Origin: an uncultured Candidatus Saccharibacteria bacterium
GTDB lineage: Bacteria; Patescibacteriota; JABMPQ01; JAQVVF01
Length of the DNA stretch: 64,000 bases
Reading direction: 5' to 3'
Assembly: GCA_964574655.1 (NCBI GenBank)
Contig: CAZNOH010000001.1
Location: forward strand, 400,247-464,246
Shown here piece by piece: positions 36,827 to 47,255 of this stretch (its first letter is position 1; each line of letters starts with the position of its first letter). Below the pieces are notes generated by a model. That model was given only the letters and a program-made list of their open reading frames with translations, was not told the origin of the DNA and did not search any database. Position numbers and translations under genes: made by a program.

Positions 36827-36841
36827 TATATTAGAATATAC

Positions 36842-37072
36842 TTAATTTTTGTTTTTGGCAAGAGAATTAAAGATGCCGACAGATCCAGCTAGAATTGCAA
36901 GATCATCTAATTGGCCTAAAACAGGTATAAGATCAGTGATAAAGTCAAGCGGAAAAATAATATAAAATATTGCGCCTATTGGAATAAGCTTGTATATAAA
37001 GGGTGTTTCTTTCTTGAAAAATAATCTGCCTGCTTGTCTTACAGGCTTAAAAGTTTGATGAAATTTGCGCAT
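36842..37072 (-). CDS. DUF1232 (YkvA-like) small membrane protein
   Basis: IPLDFITDLIPVLGQLDD signature. Confidence 0.5.
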   Translation of the reverse strand: MRKFHQTFKPVRQAGRLFFKKETPFIYKLIPIGAIFYIIFPLDFITDLIPVLGQLDDLAILAGSVGIFNSLAKNKN

Positions 37073-37118
37073 ATTTTTATTGATTTATTTTTTTAGATAA
37101 CGATGTAAAAATTATGAG

Positions 37119-38342
37119 TTATTTTGTCAATTCTTCGATTGCTTTGTCTAATTGAGGATCTTTGTTTTCGTTATAATTTTTTTCGGTTAATTCTATATTT
37201 ATATCTGGTTCCAGACCCTTGCCATTAATGCTTGTGCCATTTGGAGTTAGCCATTCTGCGATACTTATTTTTACTGTTGAGCCGTCTTTTAAGTCTTCTA
37301 ATTGTTGGACCGTACCTTTGCCAAATGATTTTTCGCCAATTAATTTGCTTTGTCGTAAATCTCTTAATGCACCAGCAACTATTTCTGAAGCACTTGCCGA
37401 GCCGTTATTCATTAAGACTATTACCGGAATATTTTCAAAGGGGGCGTCTGATTTTGTTTTAAATTCTTCTTTTTTGCCGTCGCTAAAAGATTCAATTGCA
37501 GCGATTTTTCCTTTTGGAACGAAAAAATTGATAATATCAATTGAGCTATCTAAATATCCGCCGGAATTATTTCTCAAATCTAAAATAATACCTTTTGGAT
37601 TTCTAGGTAAAATTTGAGTTACTGCATTTTGGAATTCTGATGCCGTGTCTTTGCCAAAATAGCCGAGTTTTATGTAGGCAATATTATTATTTTTTAGAGC
37701 CCATTCAATGCTTTTAACTATAATTTTTTGTCTTGCTATTGTTATTTCTTTTGTTTCTTTGTCTCCTTCGTGAAAAATTGTTAATTTTACTTGAGTATTT
37801 TCCTTGCCTCTGATTTTTGATACTGCTTCAAGCAAAGTCATATTAGTAGCATCTTCATCATTTATTTTTAAGATGATGTCATTTGGTTTTAAGCCTGCTT
37901 TTTCAGCTGGAGAATCAGAAAGTGGTGAAATAACAGTTAGGGCGTCATTTTTTATTCCTAATTCTGCTCCAATGCCTTCTAGATTTCCTTCAATTTCATC
38001 TAAAAATTCTTTTGATTGTTCAGGATCTAAAAAAGCTGTATATGGATCATCTAATGATTTAACCATGCCAGAAATAGCGCCATAGACCATTTTTTTATAA
38101 TCAAGCGGTTGATGTATGAATTTTTGTTGCAATAGATCCCAAACATCCCAAAATATTTTAAAATCAACTTTTCCACCAGTTTGATTAGTGTATTTATTCT
38201 CTACTTGGTCAATTTGACGAGCGGTGTTTTGAGTAACTAGCCTGCTTCTGCCAGTAAATAAACCGATTGTAAAGCTTGCTAAAATAGCAAGTAGAATTAA
38301 ATATGTGCGAAGCGTTTTATTCTGTTTTGGTTGTTTGTACAC
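37119..38342 (-). CDS. C-terminal processing peptidase S41 (CtpA-like) with a PDZ domain
   Basis: PDZ GLKPNDIILKIND. Catalytic GSASASEIVAGAL and FGKGTVQ. Confidence 0.8.
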   Translation of the reverse strand: MYKQPKQNKTLRTYLILLAILASFTIGLFTGRSRLVTQNTARQIDQVENKYTNQTGGKVDFKIFWDVWDLLQQKFIHQPLDYKKMVYGAISGMVKSLDDPYTAFLDPEQSKEFLDEIEGNLEGIGAELGIKNDALTVISPLSDSPAEKAGLKPNDIILKINDEDATNMTLLEAVSKIRGKENTQVKLTIFHEGDKETKEITIARQKIIVKSIEWALKNNNIAYIKLGYFGKDTASEFQNAVTQILPRNPKGIILDLRNNSGGYLDSSIDIINFFVPKGKIAAIESFSDGKKEEFKTKSDAPFENIPVIVLMNNGSASASEIVAGALRDLRQSKLIGEKSFGKGTVQQLEDLKDGSTVKISIAEWLTPNGTSINGKGLEPDINIELTEKNYNENKDPQLDKAIEELTK

Positions 38343-38393
38343 GTTAAAAAAGTTAAAATTAAAAAGTAAAAAGGCAAAAGTTTTAACAAAAAA

Positions 38394-40328
38394 TTAATAT
38401 TTTATGATAAATTCTTTGTCACTTTGCAACTCTGTTGTAAAAATTGCTTTATTGTTTTCTATTTTGCCTATATCTTGAGGAGAAACACTTTTGATTGGAT
38501 TGGTGGAATTGTAATTTATGATTAAGTCTTGGTTAATGACGCCAGCTTGCTTCTGAACAATTATTCTATACTCCCCTTTTTTGATTTGATCCCTGACATA
38601 TTTTGGTAAAATAAAATTGTATGTGATTGTTTTTGTTTCTTGAGTTTCAATATTTATGAATGTGCCAAAAACAGATTTGTTTAAATCTTCTGATATTTCA
38701 TAACTTTGGTCTGAATTGTAAAGGTCTAATCCTTTCTCGTTATTTTCGACACTTAGAAATTCACTTCCTTTCGGTACATAAATTCTGGTCCAAGATCTAT
38801 ATCTTGTTGCCAATAAGGCAGGCACAGCGTTGTTTGTATAGGTAATAGCAACTTTTGCTTGGCCATTTGGTTCAATAGTATATGCTATGTTTCTTTCCAT
38901 GTAGGGATCTGTTTTTAAGCTAGCCATATTTGAATCCACAACCATGAGATAATCGCTATTTTTAGTATTCTGGTCTACTGCTCCAGCTAGATCATTTTTT
39001 TCTAGCATTTTTTCTTTGTTTTTGTCATCAAAGTAGACAAATACTTGTTTGTCTAGAAAGGCTTTTTGAACTGTTTTTAAAAGTTCTGGCCACTTGTCTT
39101 TTTTAAGTAAAAATATTTTTCCAAGTAAAGCTTTGGAAAGGTCGCCTATTATGCCTTTTCTTGTTTTTTGCTCTAGGATTACAATCTTGCCTTCGTATTG
39201 GCCTGTTGTATGTTGTTGGATTGTTTCGGTAATGTTTTCAGCTGTAAATTTTTCATCTCTAGCTTTAATTGGGCCGACAACTTCTAAAAGATATTCGATG
39301 AATGTTGGAGTAAGCGCGACTACGCCATTGATGTTTTTTTCTTCTCCGCCTTCTTCTTTGTAGAACCAGATTGCTTTTTTGGCGTTTGTTGGAAAGTCAG
39401 GAGACCAGTTTGAATCTCTAAGAAACCAAGATTGTATTTTTGGATCAACGTATTTTGCAAATTGCCATGGGGCTGTGACTTGTATTTTTGATGGGTAATC
39501 TAAATTGTAGACGTTTTCTGTTTTTAATTTTGTGAGTTCTCCGCCTTTTATTTTTATTATTCCATAAGTTCCAATAAAACCACCGCCTGGACGCAATTCA
39601 GAATTATTTTCAAGCAAGAATAAATAAGTTTGTTCATTTGGATAACCTAGAGCTTCAGGGAGTAATTTTGAACCTTGTGCAACTTGTTCCATGACATCGC
39701 TGATTAACGGTAAGTATTGATTAACTTGTTTTTTTGCATCAGTTATTTTCTGAAGTGTTAAGAATGTAGGCATTCGATTAATTTCAATTTCGGCCATTTT
39801 TATTTTGCTTGAGCTTTCGGCAAAATTTGGTGATGCATTATAAATATTTTTTATGATTTCGGTTTTTTGATTTTCCGACACTCCTCGAGCAGATTTTACG
39901 TTTTCTGCCTGAAGAGGTTTTATTATGTTTTCAATAGACAGTGTTGTTTCTTGAAGTCCAGAAGTGATATTGTAGGCTGCTTTGACAAGATGTTCAGCTG
40001 CACTATATTGAATTCCGACATAAGGTATGATTTTTAGCCAAACTAAAAAATACATATTATTTTTTGCTCTTCTAAAATTGTCGCTTGATTTTTTTAATGT
40101 TGTCGTAGCTTGAGCAAAATTTTGATCTTTGACAGCTTTTTCAGCTTCAACAAGATCTTGTTTTCCTTGCATTGCAGATTTGTAGGCGTTCAAGCCTGGA
40201 TAAATGCTACCTAAAACAAGTAAAATAAATAACCCGATAATGATCAATACAATACGGCTAGGTTTTAGTTTATTTTTTGTTGTTTCGTTATTTGCTGGCT
40301 GATTGATATTGCTCATCTTTTTGTCCAA
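38394..40328 (-). CDS. Large membrane-anchored extracytoplasmic protein (DUF4012-like), linked to the glycan locus
   Basis: Single N-terminal TM, then about 600 aa. Its context with GT genes resembles DUF4012 proteins. Confidence 0.35.
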   Translation of the reverse strand: MDKKMSNINQPANNETTKNKLKPSRIVLIIIGLFILLVLGSIYPGLNAYKSAMQGKQDLVEAEKAVKDQNFAQATTTLKKSSDNFRRAKNNMYFLVWLKIIPYVGIQYSAAEHLVKAAYNITSGLQETTLSIENIIKPLQAENVKSARGVSENQKTEIIKNIYNASPNFAESSSKIKMAEIEINRMPTFLTLQKITDAKKQVNQYLPLISDVMEQVAQGSKLLPEALGYPNEQTYLFLLENNSELRPGGGFIGTYGIIKIKGGELTKLKTENVYNLDYPSKIQVTAPWQFAKYVDPKIQSWFLRDSNWSPDFPTNAKKAIWFYKEEGGEEKNINGVVALTPTFIEYLLEVVGPIKARDEKFTAENITETIQQHTTGQYEGKIVILEQKTRKGIIGDLSKALLGKIFLLKKDKWPELLKTVQKAFLDKQVFVYFDDKNKEKMLEKNDLAGAVDQNTKNSDYLMVVDSNMASLKTDPYMERNIAYTIEPNGQAKVAITYTNNAVPALLATRYRSWTRIYVPKGSEFLSVENNEKGLDLYNSDQSYEISEDLNKSVFGTFINIETQETKTITYNFILPKYVRDQIKKGEYRIIVQKQAGVINQDLIINYNSTNPIKSVSPQDIGKIENNKAIFTTELQSDKEFIIKY

Positions 40329-41151
40329 AATATTTTAGAAAAAATTTTAGGGCTGATGTAATATGAGTTCTGGTTTGTTTTTTAAGCATTGCTTTTACTA
40401 GGCCTGATTCTGATGATGATGCTCTGGCATAGTAATGAACCATTTTGACTTCAGGATAATATCTGACCTTGTATCCGGCTTTCCAGAATCTTCTGCACCA
40501 ATCAACGTCTTCCATGTACATAAAAAATCTTTCATCCATAATGCCAACTTCGTCAATTGCTTTTTTGCTAATTAACATACAGGAACCTAGAATCCAGGCG
40601 ACATTTTTTTCGGTAAGATGGTCCCATGATTTCATTGTAAAATCATCAAGCATTTTTCTAGCGTGATTTAGTCTTCCGAATGAAGTTCTTCTATATAAAA
40701 CTAATTCTGGCGATGTGAATTTGTTGAAACAAGAAAGTTGGATGGAACCATTTGGATTAATTAATTTTGGTCCTAAAACAGCAACTTCGGGATGTTGTTT
40801 CAAGTAGGCCATCATTTTTTCAAGAGAATCTTCCAGAATAGTTATGTCAGGATTAAGCAGTAAGATATATTTTCCTGTCGCCATTTTAACGCCTTGATTA
40901 ACAGCTTTTGGAAAGCCAAGATTTTTTTTGTTAGCAATCAATTCGACATTGCTGATTTTTTGGTTTTTGTAATTGTACATGAAATCATCTTCAACCATTT
41001 GAACGGTCAAGTCTTGAGAATTATTGTCAACAACAATAATCTCATATTCCATTTTAGGAGCATGTTTCTTGATGGATTTGATGCACTGTCTTAGATGTGA
41101 AGCGGTCTTATAATTAATTATAATGATTGAGAGATCTTTTGTTGGTGTCAT
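40288..41151 (-). CDS. GT2 glycosyltransferase
   Basis: SIIIINYKT...IIVVDNNSQD and a DxD-type core. Confidence 0.75.
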   Translation of the reverse strand: MTPTKDLSIIIINYKTASHLRQCIKSIKKHAPKMEYEIIVVDNNSQDLTVQMVEDDFMYNYKNQKISNVELIANKKNLGFPKAVNQGVKMATGKYILLLNPDITILEDSLEKMMAYLKQHPEVAVLGPKLINPNGSIQLSCFNKFTSPELVLYRRTSFGRLNHARKMLDDFTMKSWDHLTEKNVAWILGSCMLISKKAIDEVGIMDERFFMYMEDVDWCRRFWKAGYKVRYYPEVKMVHYYARASSSESGLVKAMLKKQTRTHITSALKFFLKYFGQKDEQYQSASK

Positions 41152-41246
41152 ATCTCTAGTCTAAAAAATTATATAAACAAATTTATAAATTTGATTTTTG
41201 TATTAGTAGCCGTATTTTTATATCTTCAGTCCTAGTCTCGTTGTTT

Positions 41247-41900
41247 TTATTGTAGCATTTTTTTAGTTACTTCTCCGTAAAAAGCAAAATGTTTTCCGCT
41301 TTTTAATGCCCACATTTGATTGCCCCAGTCGAAATGCCACCATTCATCTTCGTCAAGAGTGAAATCTTCATTAATCATTGCCTCACGAATAATTTGGCGG
41401 TTTTTGGCTATTTTTTTATCTTTATATATTTCAAAATAAAATGGTTGCGCCTTAGGACCAAAGAAGTCAAATTCAGTTCCCATGTCTAACTCATTGTCAT
41501 TCTTGTCTACTAAAGTTAAATCTACTGTTCCACCAGTTGTGTGAGGAGGAATTCGATTTTTTTGATATGCAGGTGAAACAAATTTTCCAATTTCTAATTT
41601 TAATTCTTCTTCATTCAAATTAGGATGTGATATCTTAATCTCTTCCCAATATTTTTGATAAATATTATTTTGTGTGTCTCTTGAACGGAAAGCATCCCAT
41701 ATTTTTAAACGGAATGGTCCTAGGTTTTTTTGCACTTGTGTAAGTTTTTTAGCTGTTTGCTCTCTTAGGAAAAATCTGGATTCAGTAGATAATTTTTGTT
41801 GAAAATATTTAGGATCAAGTATGAAATTATACTTACTTAAATCAGCCATAGGTTCGTTATTTTCTTGAATTTTAATGGAAGTATATTTTGCTAATGACAT
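41247..41900 (-). CDS. D-Ala-D-Ala dipeptidase (M15D, VanX/DdpX-like)
   Basis: PPHTTGGTVDL (SxHxxGxAxD) and DEWWHFDW (EWWH) motifs. Confidence 0.65.
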   Translation of the reverse strand: MSLAKYTSIKIQENNEPMADLSKYNFILDPKYFQQKLSTESRFFLREQTAKKLTQVQKNLGPFRLKIWDAFRSRDTQNNIYQKYWEEIKISHPNLNEEELKLEIGKFVSPAYQKNRIPPHTTGGTVDLTLVDKNDNELDMGTEFDFFGPKAQPFYFEIYKDKKIAKNRQIIREAMINEDFTLDEDEWWHFDWGNQMWALKSGKHFAFYGEVTKKMLQ

Positions 41901-41916
41901 AAAAAATTCTTATCTG

Positions 41917-42972
41917 TTAGTAGATGTATTTTCTAATATCTTTTGGCTTGATCTTACTATTTTTTAATATAGCATTTCTTTTTGCTTTGGTCAATTTGCA
42001 TAATTTAAGCAAATCAATGATTGCAGTGATATTTCTAGTCTCAAAAAATAATAAATATATAAATTTTCCCATTTCATAAAAGAAAATCCAAAAAAAGTAA
42101 ATAAATAGATTTGATGCAAATTCATTTTTGTAGAGCAATAATAAATGATTTCGGTAAGAAAGTTTATTAATAAAATCTGTTTTTTTGCTTCTTTGCTTGA
42201 TTGTTTTTTGGGTGCTGTTGCTTGTGCCTGTTTCCCAGCGATCATGCCATGCGTGTGATTTGTGGTCAAACCAAATTTCCCAGCCAGCATGAAGCAATCG
42301 CCAAGATAAATCGATATCTTCTTTGTAAGCAAAAAATGATTCATCAAAATATTGCCTCACACTAATATCGTTCGAATTATCGCTAATAATTCTTGAATCT
42401 TTTTCTTGAAAAGAAATTGATTCTAATGCTGTTCTGCGATATATTGGTGCAGTGCCAGAAACGCTAAATATTTTTTTCAATGTTTCAAATTCTTGTGAAT
42501 TTTTTTGATTGCTTCCCCATTCTATGATTCGATGAGTTTTTAGAATTCTGTGTCCGCAGGAATCAATAATGTTGGTTTTTTTGTTTTGAGCAAAATCCCA
42601 TTTGAAGAGTTTTCCAGTTATGGCGCCCATTTTTGGATTTTGTTTTAGAATTTGCAAGCAATTTTTTATATAGTTTTTGTCTAAAATAATATCTGGATTT
42701 AGGCAAAGAATAAATTCGTTGGTAGATTTTTTTATGATTTCATTATGTGCGACTGAATAGCCAGAATTATCTTTATTTCTAATGAAATTAATTTTAGCTA
42801 GCGGATATTTGTGTTCTGCATAGCTTTTTAGGTAATCAAAAGAGCCGTCTTTTGATGCATTGTCAACAAAAAATATTTCGAAATCCTGATGAGATTGTTG
42901 TAAAATTGAATCTAAACAATAAATAAGATATTTTTTTTTGTTAAAGTTTAGAAGTGAAATAGTGACTTTCAT
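41917..42972 (-). CDS. GT2 glycosyltransferase
   Basis: VTISLLNFNKKKYL...FFVDNASKDGS. Confidence 0.75.
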   Translation of the reverse strand: MKVTISLLNFNKKKYLIYCLDSILQQSHQDFEIFFVDNASKDGSFDYLKSYAEHKYPLAKINFIRNKDNSGYSVAHNEIIKKSTNEFILCLNPDIILDKNYIKNCLQILKQNPKMGAITGKLFKWDFAQNKKTNIIDSCGHRILKTHRIIEWGSNQKNSQEFETLKKIFSVSGTAPIYRRTALESISFQEKDSRIISDNSNDISVRQYFDESFFAYKEDIDLSWRLLHAGWEIWFDHKSHAWHDRWETGTSNSTQKTIKQRSKKTDFINKLSYRNHLLLLYKNEFASNLFIYFFWIFFYEMGKFIYLLFFETRNITAIIDLLKLCKLTKAKRNAILKNSKIKPKDIRKYIY

Positions 42973-43015
42973 AGCATAATTAATTAAAAATCTTGTATTC
43001 TAAAATTTTTAATTG

Positions 43016-44617
43016 TTAAAAGTTGTTTACCGTGTTTATTGTGCTTGTTTTTATTTTTTCTAAGGCAAAGATTATTGCTGCAGTAATTAAAACAAAACCA
43101 ATGCCAAGAGGATGATTCAGAAACGGAGTTGTGATATTAGTAAATAATATTAAAACAATGCCGGCTAAAAAACAAGTGACTAGATTTTTATTGTCTTTGT
43201 CTCGTGTTTTGTATCCTTCTCTGAATATTGAGTATAAAAACCATAAATATGATATTAGCCCCAAAATACCTATTTCGATAATTGTATCTAAATAAGCCCA
43301 TTCGAATGAGAACACTCTGATTGTTCCGTATTTTTCATAGGCAACACTAACGTATTCAATCGTTGTTCCGAATCCTGATCCCAATACTGGATGTTCTTTA
43401 ATTTTTTGGAAAGCAGGAGTTAAAACATTATAGCGATTTGAAGCGGCTGCTTCTGTTTTTGGCTGAAAAATACTTGAGACTCTGTTCCCTACCAGATCGT
43501 AAACTTGTGGTAGTAATGTGCCAAAAATTATAATGATTAAAAAAATTATTCCTATTGAATATAATGCAATTTTTGTAGCTCTTTTTTTAGGAAGATTAAA
43601 AAGCAGAAATATCAAAGCAAATACAAGGCCTATCCAGAGACTTCTAGAAAAACCAACGAAAACCGCTAGTCCGCAGAAGGCAGATGATGAAAGTGGAAAG
43701 GCATTATTTTTTAAGGAAAGTTTTTGATCTTGCAGAAATTTTGCTAATAAAACTATGCAAATCAGTGCTGAATATAATTGTCCAGCTGAGAAGAAACGAA
43801 AGAATGGACCAGTTAAGTATGATATTTCGCCCATTCCTGTATCTTGTGTCCAACGATAAATATATGGTTTTGGAGTGTCCAGATTTCTAAAAAATGCGCG
43901 AGACATCAATTCTTCTTTGGCGAAAATTGAATGAGATATCATAAATTCGCCTGCTTCTTCGGACTCTAAAGTTTGTTCTGTAGATTTTACTCCTGCCATT
44001 CCTGGCCTTGCTTCTTGATGCATTATTGTGAAGCCGATAGAAACGTAAAGAGTTAAAATTGATATTGCTAAACTTCCGGCGACTAAGTATTGAATCAATT
44101 TTCGAACTTTTAATTTATTATGGATAATATCAAAAATTGGAAAGACAAAAGCTAAGTAGAGATATCCATTAGCATCAAAGAATATATTTTTTGCAAAATT
44201 ACCGTTGATTAGTCCGGTTGAGAAACCAATTAAAATAAAAATTGTTAAAACTGCGAAAGGTATAAAAAATTTTGAGTGTAAAAAATTATATTTGTTTGCT
44301 TCGAAAGTCTTTGCTTTTTTAAATAACCAGATTAAAAAAACCATGGCAAATAGTGCAATTCTGATTGATAAGACGAATCTACCGCCAAAATCGAATGAGA
44401 ATAAATAGCCTTTGACGCCAATAAATAATTCTATGAGAACTATGAATACGCCGTACTCTAATTTTTTTATAGTCAAAGCAAAAGTTCCGATGACAATTAG
44501 CCAAAAAATTACACTATTTAGAATTGGAAATAGATATGCAAAAAATGATAAAATATAAAATAAGATGCAAACTGCTGTTATTTTTAATATAAATTTTGGT
44601 TGTAAGAAATTTGGCAT
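43016..44617 (-). CDS. Polytopic membrane protein, O-antigen ligase/polymerase-like (Wzy_C-like)
   Basis: About 12 TM helices with a large loop. No soluble domain. Confidence 0.4.
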   Translation of the reverse strand: MPNFLQPKFILKITAVCILFYILSFFAYLFPILNSVIFWLIVIGTFALTIKKLEYGVFIVLIELFIGVKGYLFSFDFGGRFVLSIRIALFAMVFLIWLFKKAKTFEANKYNFLHSKFFIPFAVLTIFILIGFSTGLINGNFAKNIFFDANGYLYLAFVFPIFDIIHNKLKVRKLIQYLVAGSLAISILTLYVSIGFTIMHQEARPGMAGVKSTEQTLESEEAGEFMISHSIFAKEELMSRAFFRNLDTPKPYIYRWTQDTGMGEISYLTGPFFRFFSAGQLYSALICIVLLAKFLQDQKLSLKNNAFPLSSSAFCGLAVFVGFSRSLWIGLVFALIFLLFNLPKKRATKIALYSIGIIFLIIIIFGTLLPQVYDLVGNRVSSIFQPKTEAAASNRYNVLTPAFQKIKEHPVLGSGFGTTIEYVSVAYEKYGTIRVFSFEWAYLDTIIEIGILGLISYLWFLYSIFREGYKTRDKDNKNLVTCFLAGIVLILFTNITTPFLNHPLGIGFVLITAAIIFALEKIKTSTINTVNNF

Positions 44618-44647
44618 TATGTTTGTTTTGTTATTTTGCTAATTGTG

Positions 44648-44676
44648 TTGACAAAAATTGCTAATTATTATATATT
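44648..44676 (+). promoter_or_regulatory. Sigma70-like promoter TTGACA-N17-TATATT with two TTGCTAAT motifs
   Basis: ttgaca aaaattgctaattatta tatatt, upstream of the HAD gene. Confidence 0.45.
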
Positions 44677-44724
44677 TTACTGGTCAGTTTATGAGTGCTC
44701 GTTGCAAAAAAGAAGGAGGAGAGA

Positions 44725-45474
44725 ATGTTGGAATGGCTGGGTACTCAATTCGCTGGATTTACGCGCAGTCATGCATTTAGGGCGCTGGCTTTGTTTGATA
44801 TGGATGGGACTATGTTGCCGTTGTCTTCGTTGAAAAGCGGAAATAATGGTCATGCACGTGCAATTTTTGGAGCCTTGGATAAAGTATGTGGCATTAAAGA
44901 TGCTTCATTGGACGGAATCAATTATCATGGATTTACTGATACTCAGATAGTGTATGCGTTGCTTGAAAAATATGGTATTGAGAAAAATGTAAATCAGGAA
45001 ACGTTGTTTGCGATTTTTGCTGAAATGGCGAGATTCCATAGGGCAGAAACTGCCAATATTGATATTTGTCCTTTGCCTGGAGTGAAAGAACTGTTGTCAA
45101 CATTACTTCGTAATGGCGTTGTGCTTGGTGTTGTTACTGGCGCTATCAAGGAAATTGCTAGACTGAAATTGCGTAAGGCAGGGTTGACTGGATATTTTAA
45201 AATTAGAGTATTTGGTGATCAGGCTTTGCTTCGTTCTGACTTGGTCAGACTGGCATTGCGACAGAATGAAGAAAATAATTGGGCGCCAGAAAATAGAGTT
45301 TTCTTGTTTGGGGATACTCCAAAAGATATTGAAGCTGGCAAGGTTTGTAGAGTGAAAACGATTGGAGTTGCAACTGGCTTGGTTTCAAGAGAAGAATTGG
45401 CTAAGACATTACCGGATTATTTGTTTGACGATTTGACGGATACAGCTCTTTTACTAAAAACAATTTTGGGCTAA
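44725..45474 (+). CDS. HAD-superfamily hydrolase
   Basis: LALFDMDGTMLP (DxDGT) motif. Start at the ATG preceded by AAGGAGGAG. GC above background. Confidence 0.7.
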   Translation: MLEWLGTQFAGFTRSHAFRALALFDMDGTMLPLSSLKSGNNGHARAIFGALDKVCGIKDASLDGINYHGFTDTQIVYALLEKYGIEKNVNQETLFAIFAEMARFHRAETANIDICPLPGVKELLSTLLRNGVVLGVVTGAIKEIARLKLRKAGLTGYFKIRVFGDQALLRSDLVRLALRQNEENNWAPENRVFLFGDTPKDIEAGKVCRVKTIGVATGLVSREELAKTLPDYLFDDLTDTALLLKTILG

Positions 45475-45547
45475 GACTATTTATTAGTCTTTTTTTTTGT
45501 GGCTCACACTAATACTTTTTCGAATTACACTAATATAACACTTATAA

Positions 45548-46735
45548 CTATTTTATTGTTGAAATTCTAGAGTAATCACCATTAGTTGAAAGTCGAAATT
45601 CTTTATCATTTACAATAAGTATCCCACCATAATTTTTAATTGTAAACCTTTTATCTTGATAAAATGAATTTTTTAAATTTAATGTTTTTGTTGTTTTGTT
45701 AAATTTTGTTTTTGCAATATATTTATCAATTTTGGAAATTTCAGCGACTAGGCTGAATCCAATATCGTCATGGTAATTTGGTTTCGATCCTTCCATTGTT
45801 GAGTGGAACTCTAATTTATTAGGAAACATTTTGTCGTTAAAAAAACGATTTTTGGCATAGTTTAGATAAACGCTGTAATCTTTATGATTAAATCTTTTGT
45901 TTAATGCTCCTAGCATCAGATAAGTTTGAGCACCTAGACCGATTGGTCTTGCGCCTATTTTTGCTTCAATGAAACCATTTTTAAAAGTCATTTTTCGAAT
46001 ATTGGAGGTCATTTTTTTAGCTAAGCTAAGGTATCCTTTGTCATTAAAATAATCTCCATAAAACATTAAAAGGTATGCTGATAAAACGTGATAGTGCGTT
46101 GAAAAATATTTTTGATCGCCTTCAAAGTACCAGCCATCTTCGTTAATGCATTGCGTAACACTTTTAGAAATTTTTTGTTTGTTTTTATTAATTAAGCGTT
46201 CATATGCAAGCTTGTCAATCCGTTTGTTTTCGTAAAGTTTGTCAGCTAAATAAGAATCTAAAATGCCGGCAATGATTCCCCTATTCTCAGTGTCATTGAT
46301 ATTTATTCTTGCAAAAAGTGATTCTGTTAATTGAGAATTGTAATTCTGTTTTTCAGATTTGTTAAGCAGATCTTTTTGTTGATAAATCAAAAAATGAGCA
46401 ATAGAATCGTTGAAGGATTGTGTCATGGTTGGTCGAGCTTGAATTTCTGATATTGCGTTATTTAAAGCAGAGATAACAAGGTTTTTTGTTTTTTCATTGT
46501 CAGTTCTATTAAAATAATATGAAGCAAACATTGACCATTCGCGGGCATTGTTAGGATGCTTATTAATTATGGAATAATTTGGTTGATTATATTGCCAGCC
46601 ATTTTTGTCAAAGTTTTTTGAATATCGGCTATAGGTGTTATTAATATAATCTTGAATATTTTGGGCATAAGAAAACAGCGGAGCAAACATGATTGCTAGG
46701 CTTAAAATTGTAATTAATTGTTTTTTGATTTTCAT
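45548..46735 (-). CDS. Hypothetical secreted protein (possible polysaccharide lyase/hydrolase-like alpha-helical fold)
   Basis: Signal peptide. No diagnostic motif recognised. Confidence 0.3.
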   Translation of the reverse strand: MKIKKQLITILSLAIMFAPLFSYAQNIQDYINNTYSRYSKNFDKNGWQYNQPNYSIINKHPNNAREWSMFASYYFNRTDNEKTKNLVISALNNAISEIQARPTMTQSFNDSIAHFLIYQQKDLLNKSEKQNYNSQLTESLFARININDTENRGIIAGILDSYLADKLYENKRIDKLAYERLINKNKQKISKSVTQCINEDGWYFEGDQKYFSTHYHVLSAYLLMFYGDYFNDKGYLSLAKKMTSNIRKMTFKNGFIEAKIGARPIGLGAQTYLMLGALNKRFNHKDYSVYLNYAKNRFFNDKMFPNKLEFHSTMEGSKPNYHDDIGFSLVAEISKIDKYIAKTKFNKTTKTLNLKNSFYQDKRFTIKNYGGILIVNDKEFRLSTNGDYSRISTIK

Positions 46736-46849
46736 GAAATTGATAGGTGTTATTGTCTTTGATAAGCCAAAATATTGTTAAATAATTGACTTTTTTGCTT
46801 ATGTATGATATGCTAATATATCGGTTACGAGCCTGAAAGGAGGAGAGAG

Positions 46850-47197
46850 ATGAATACATTTTGGGATGAGTTTGCTAAGTATGCGATTGCAAACATGGAT
46901 GGACTTTTAGCTGCTTTGTCTCTTTTTGTACTCTTGTTGGGACTTTTTGTTGTAGTAGGTTTGATTGCAAGATCTGAAAGTAGGAAAAAAATTCGTGAAC
47001 AAGAGTTCAATTTACGTGAACGACAGATGAAACTAGATGAGACGAAGGCTAGCAATGTTGCAAAACTTGTTGCAAAAATGGATTCTTTAGAAAGAAGATT
47101 GTCTGATGCTAGGCTGAGTCAAGAGATTATTAATGCAAGCGAACGAGCTTTAGTGGTTGCTACTGAAGTGATTGAAGAAGAACAGCGACAACGTTAA
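46850..47197 (+). CDS. Hypothetical membrane-anchored coiled-coil protein with a strong SD
   Basis: GAAAGGAGGAGAGAG precedes the ATG. One TM, then a charged helix. Confidence 0.35.
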   Translation: MNTFWDEFAKYAIANMDGLLAALSLFVLLLGLFVVVGLIARSESRKKIREQEFNLRERQMKLDETKASNVAKLVAKMDSLERRLSDARLSQEIINASERALVVATEVIEEEQRQR

Positions 47198-47255
47198 AAA
47201 ATGTACTTTGATCTATCAATTCGTTGATAGATTTTTTTTATCTTTTTTTATGAAA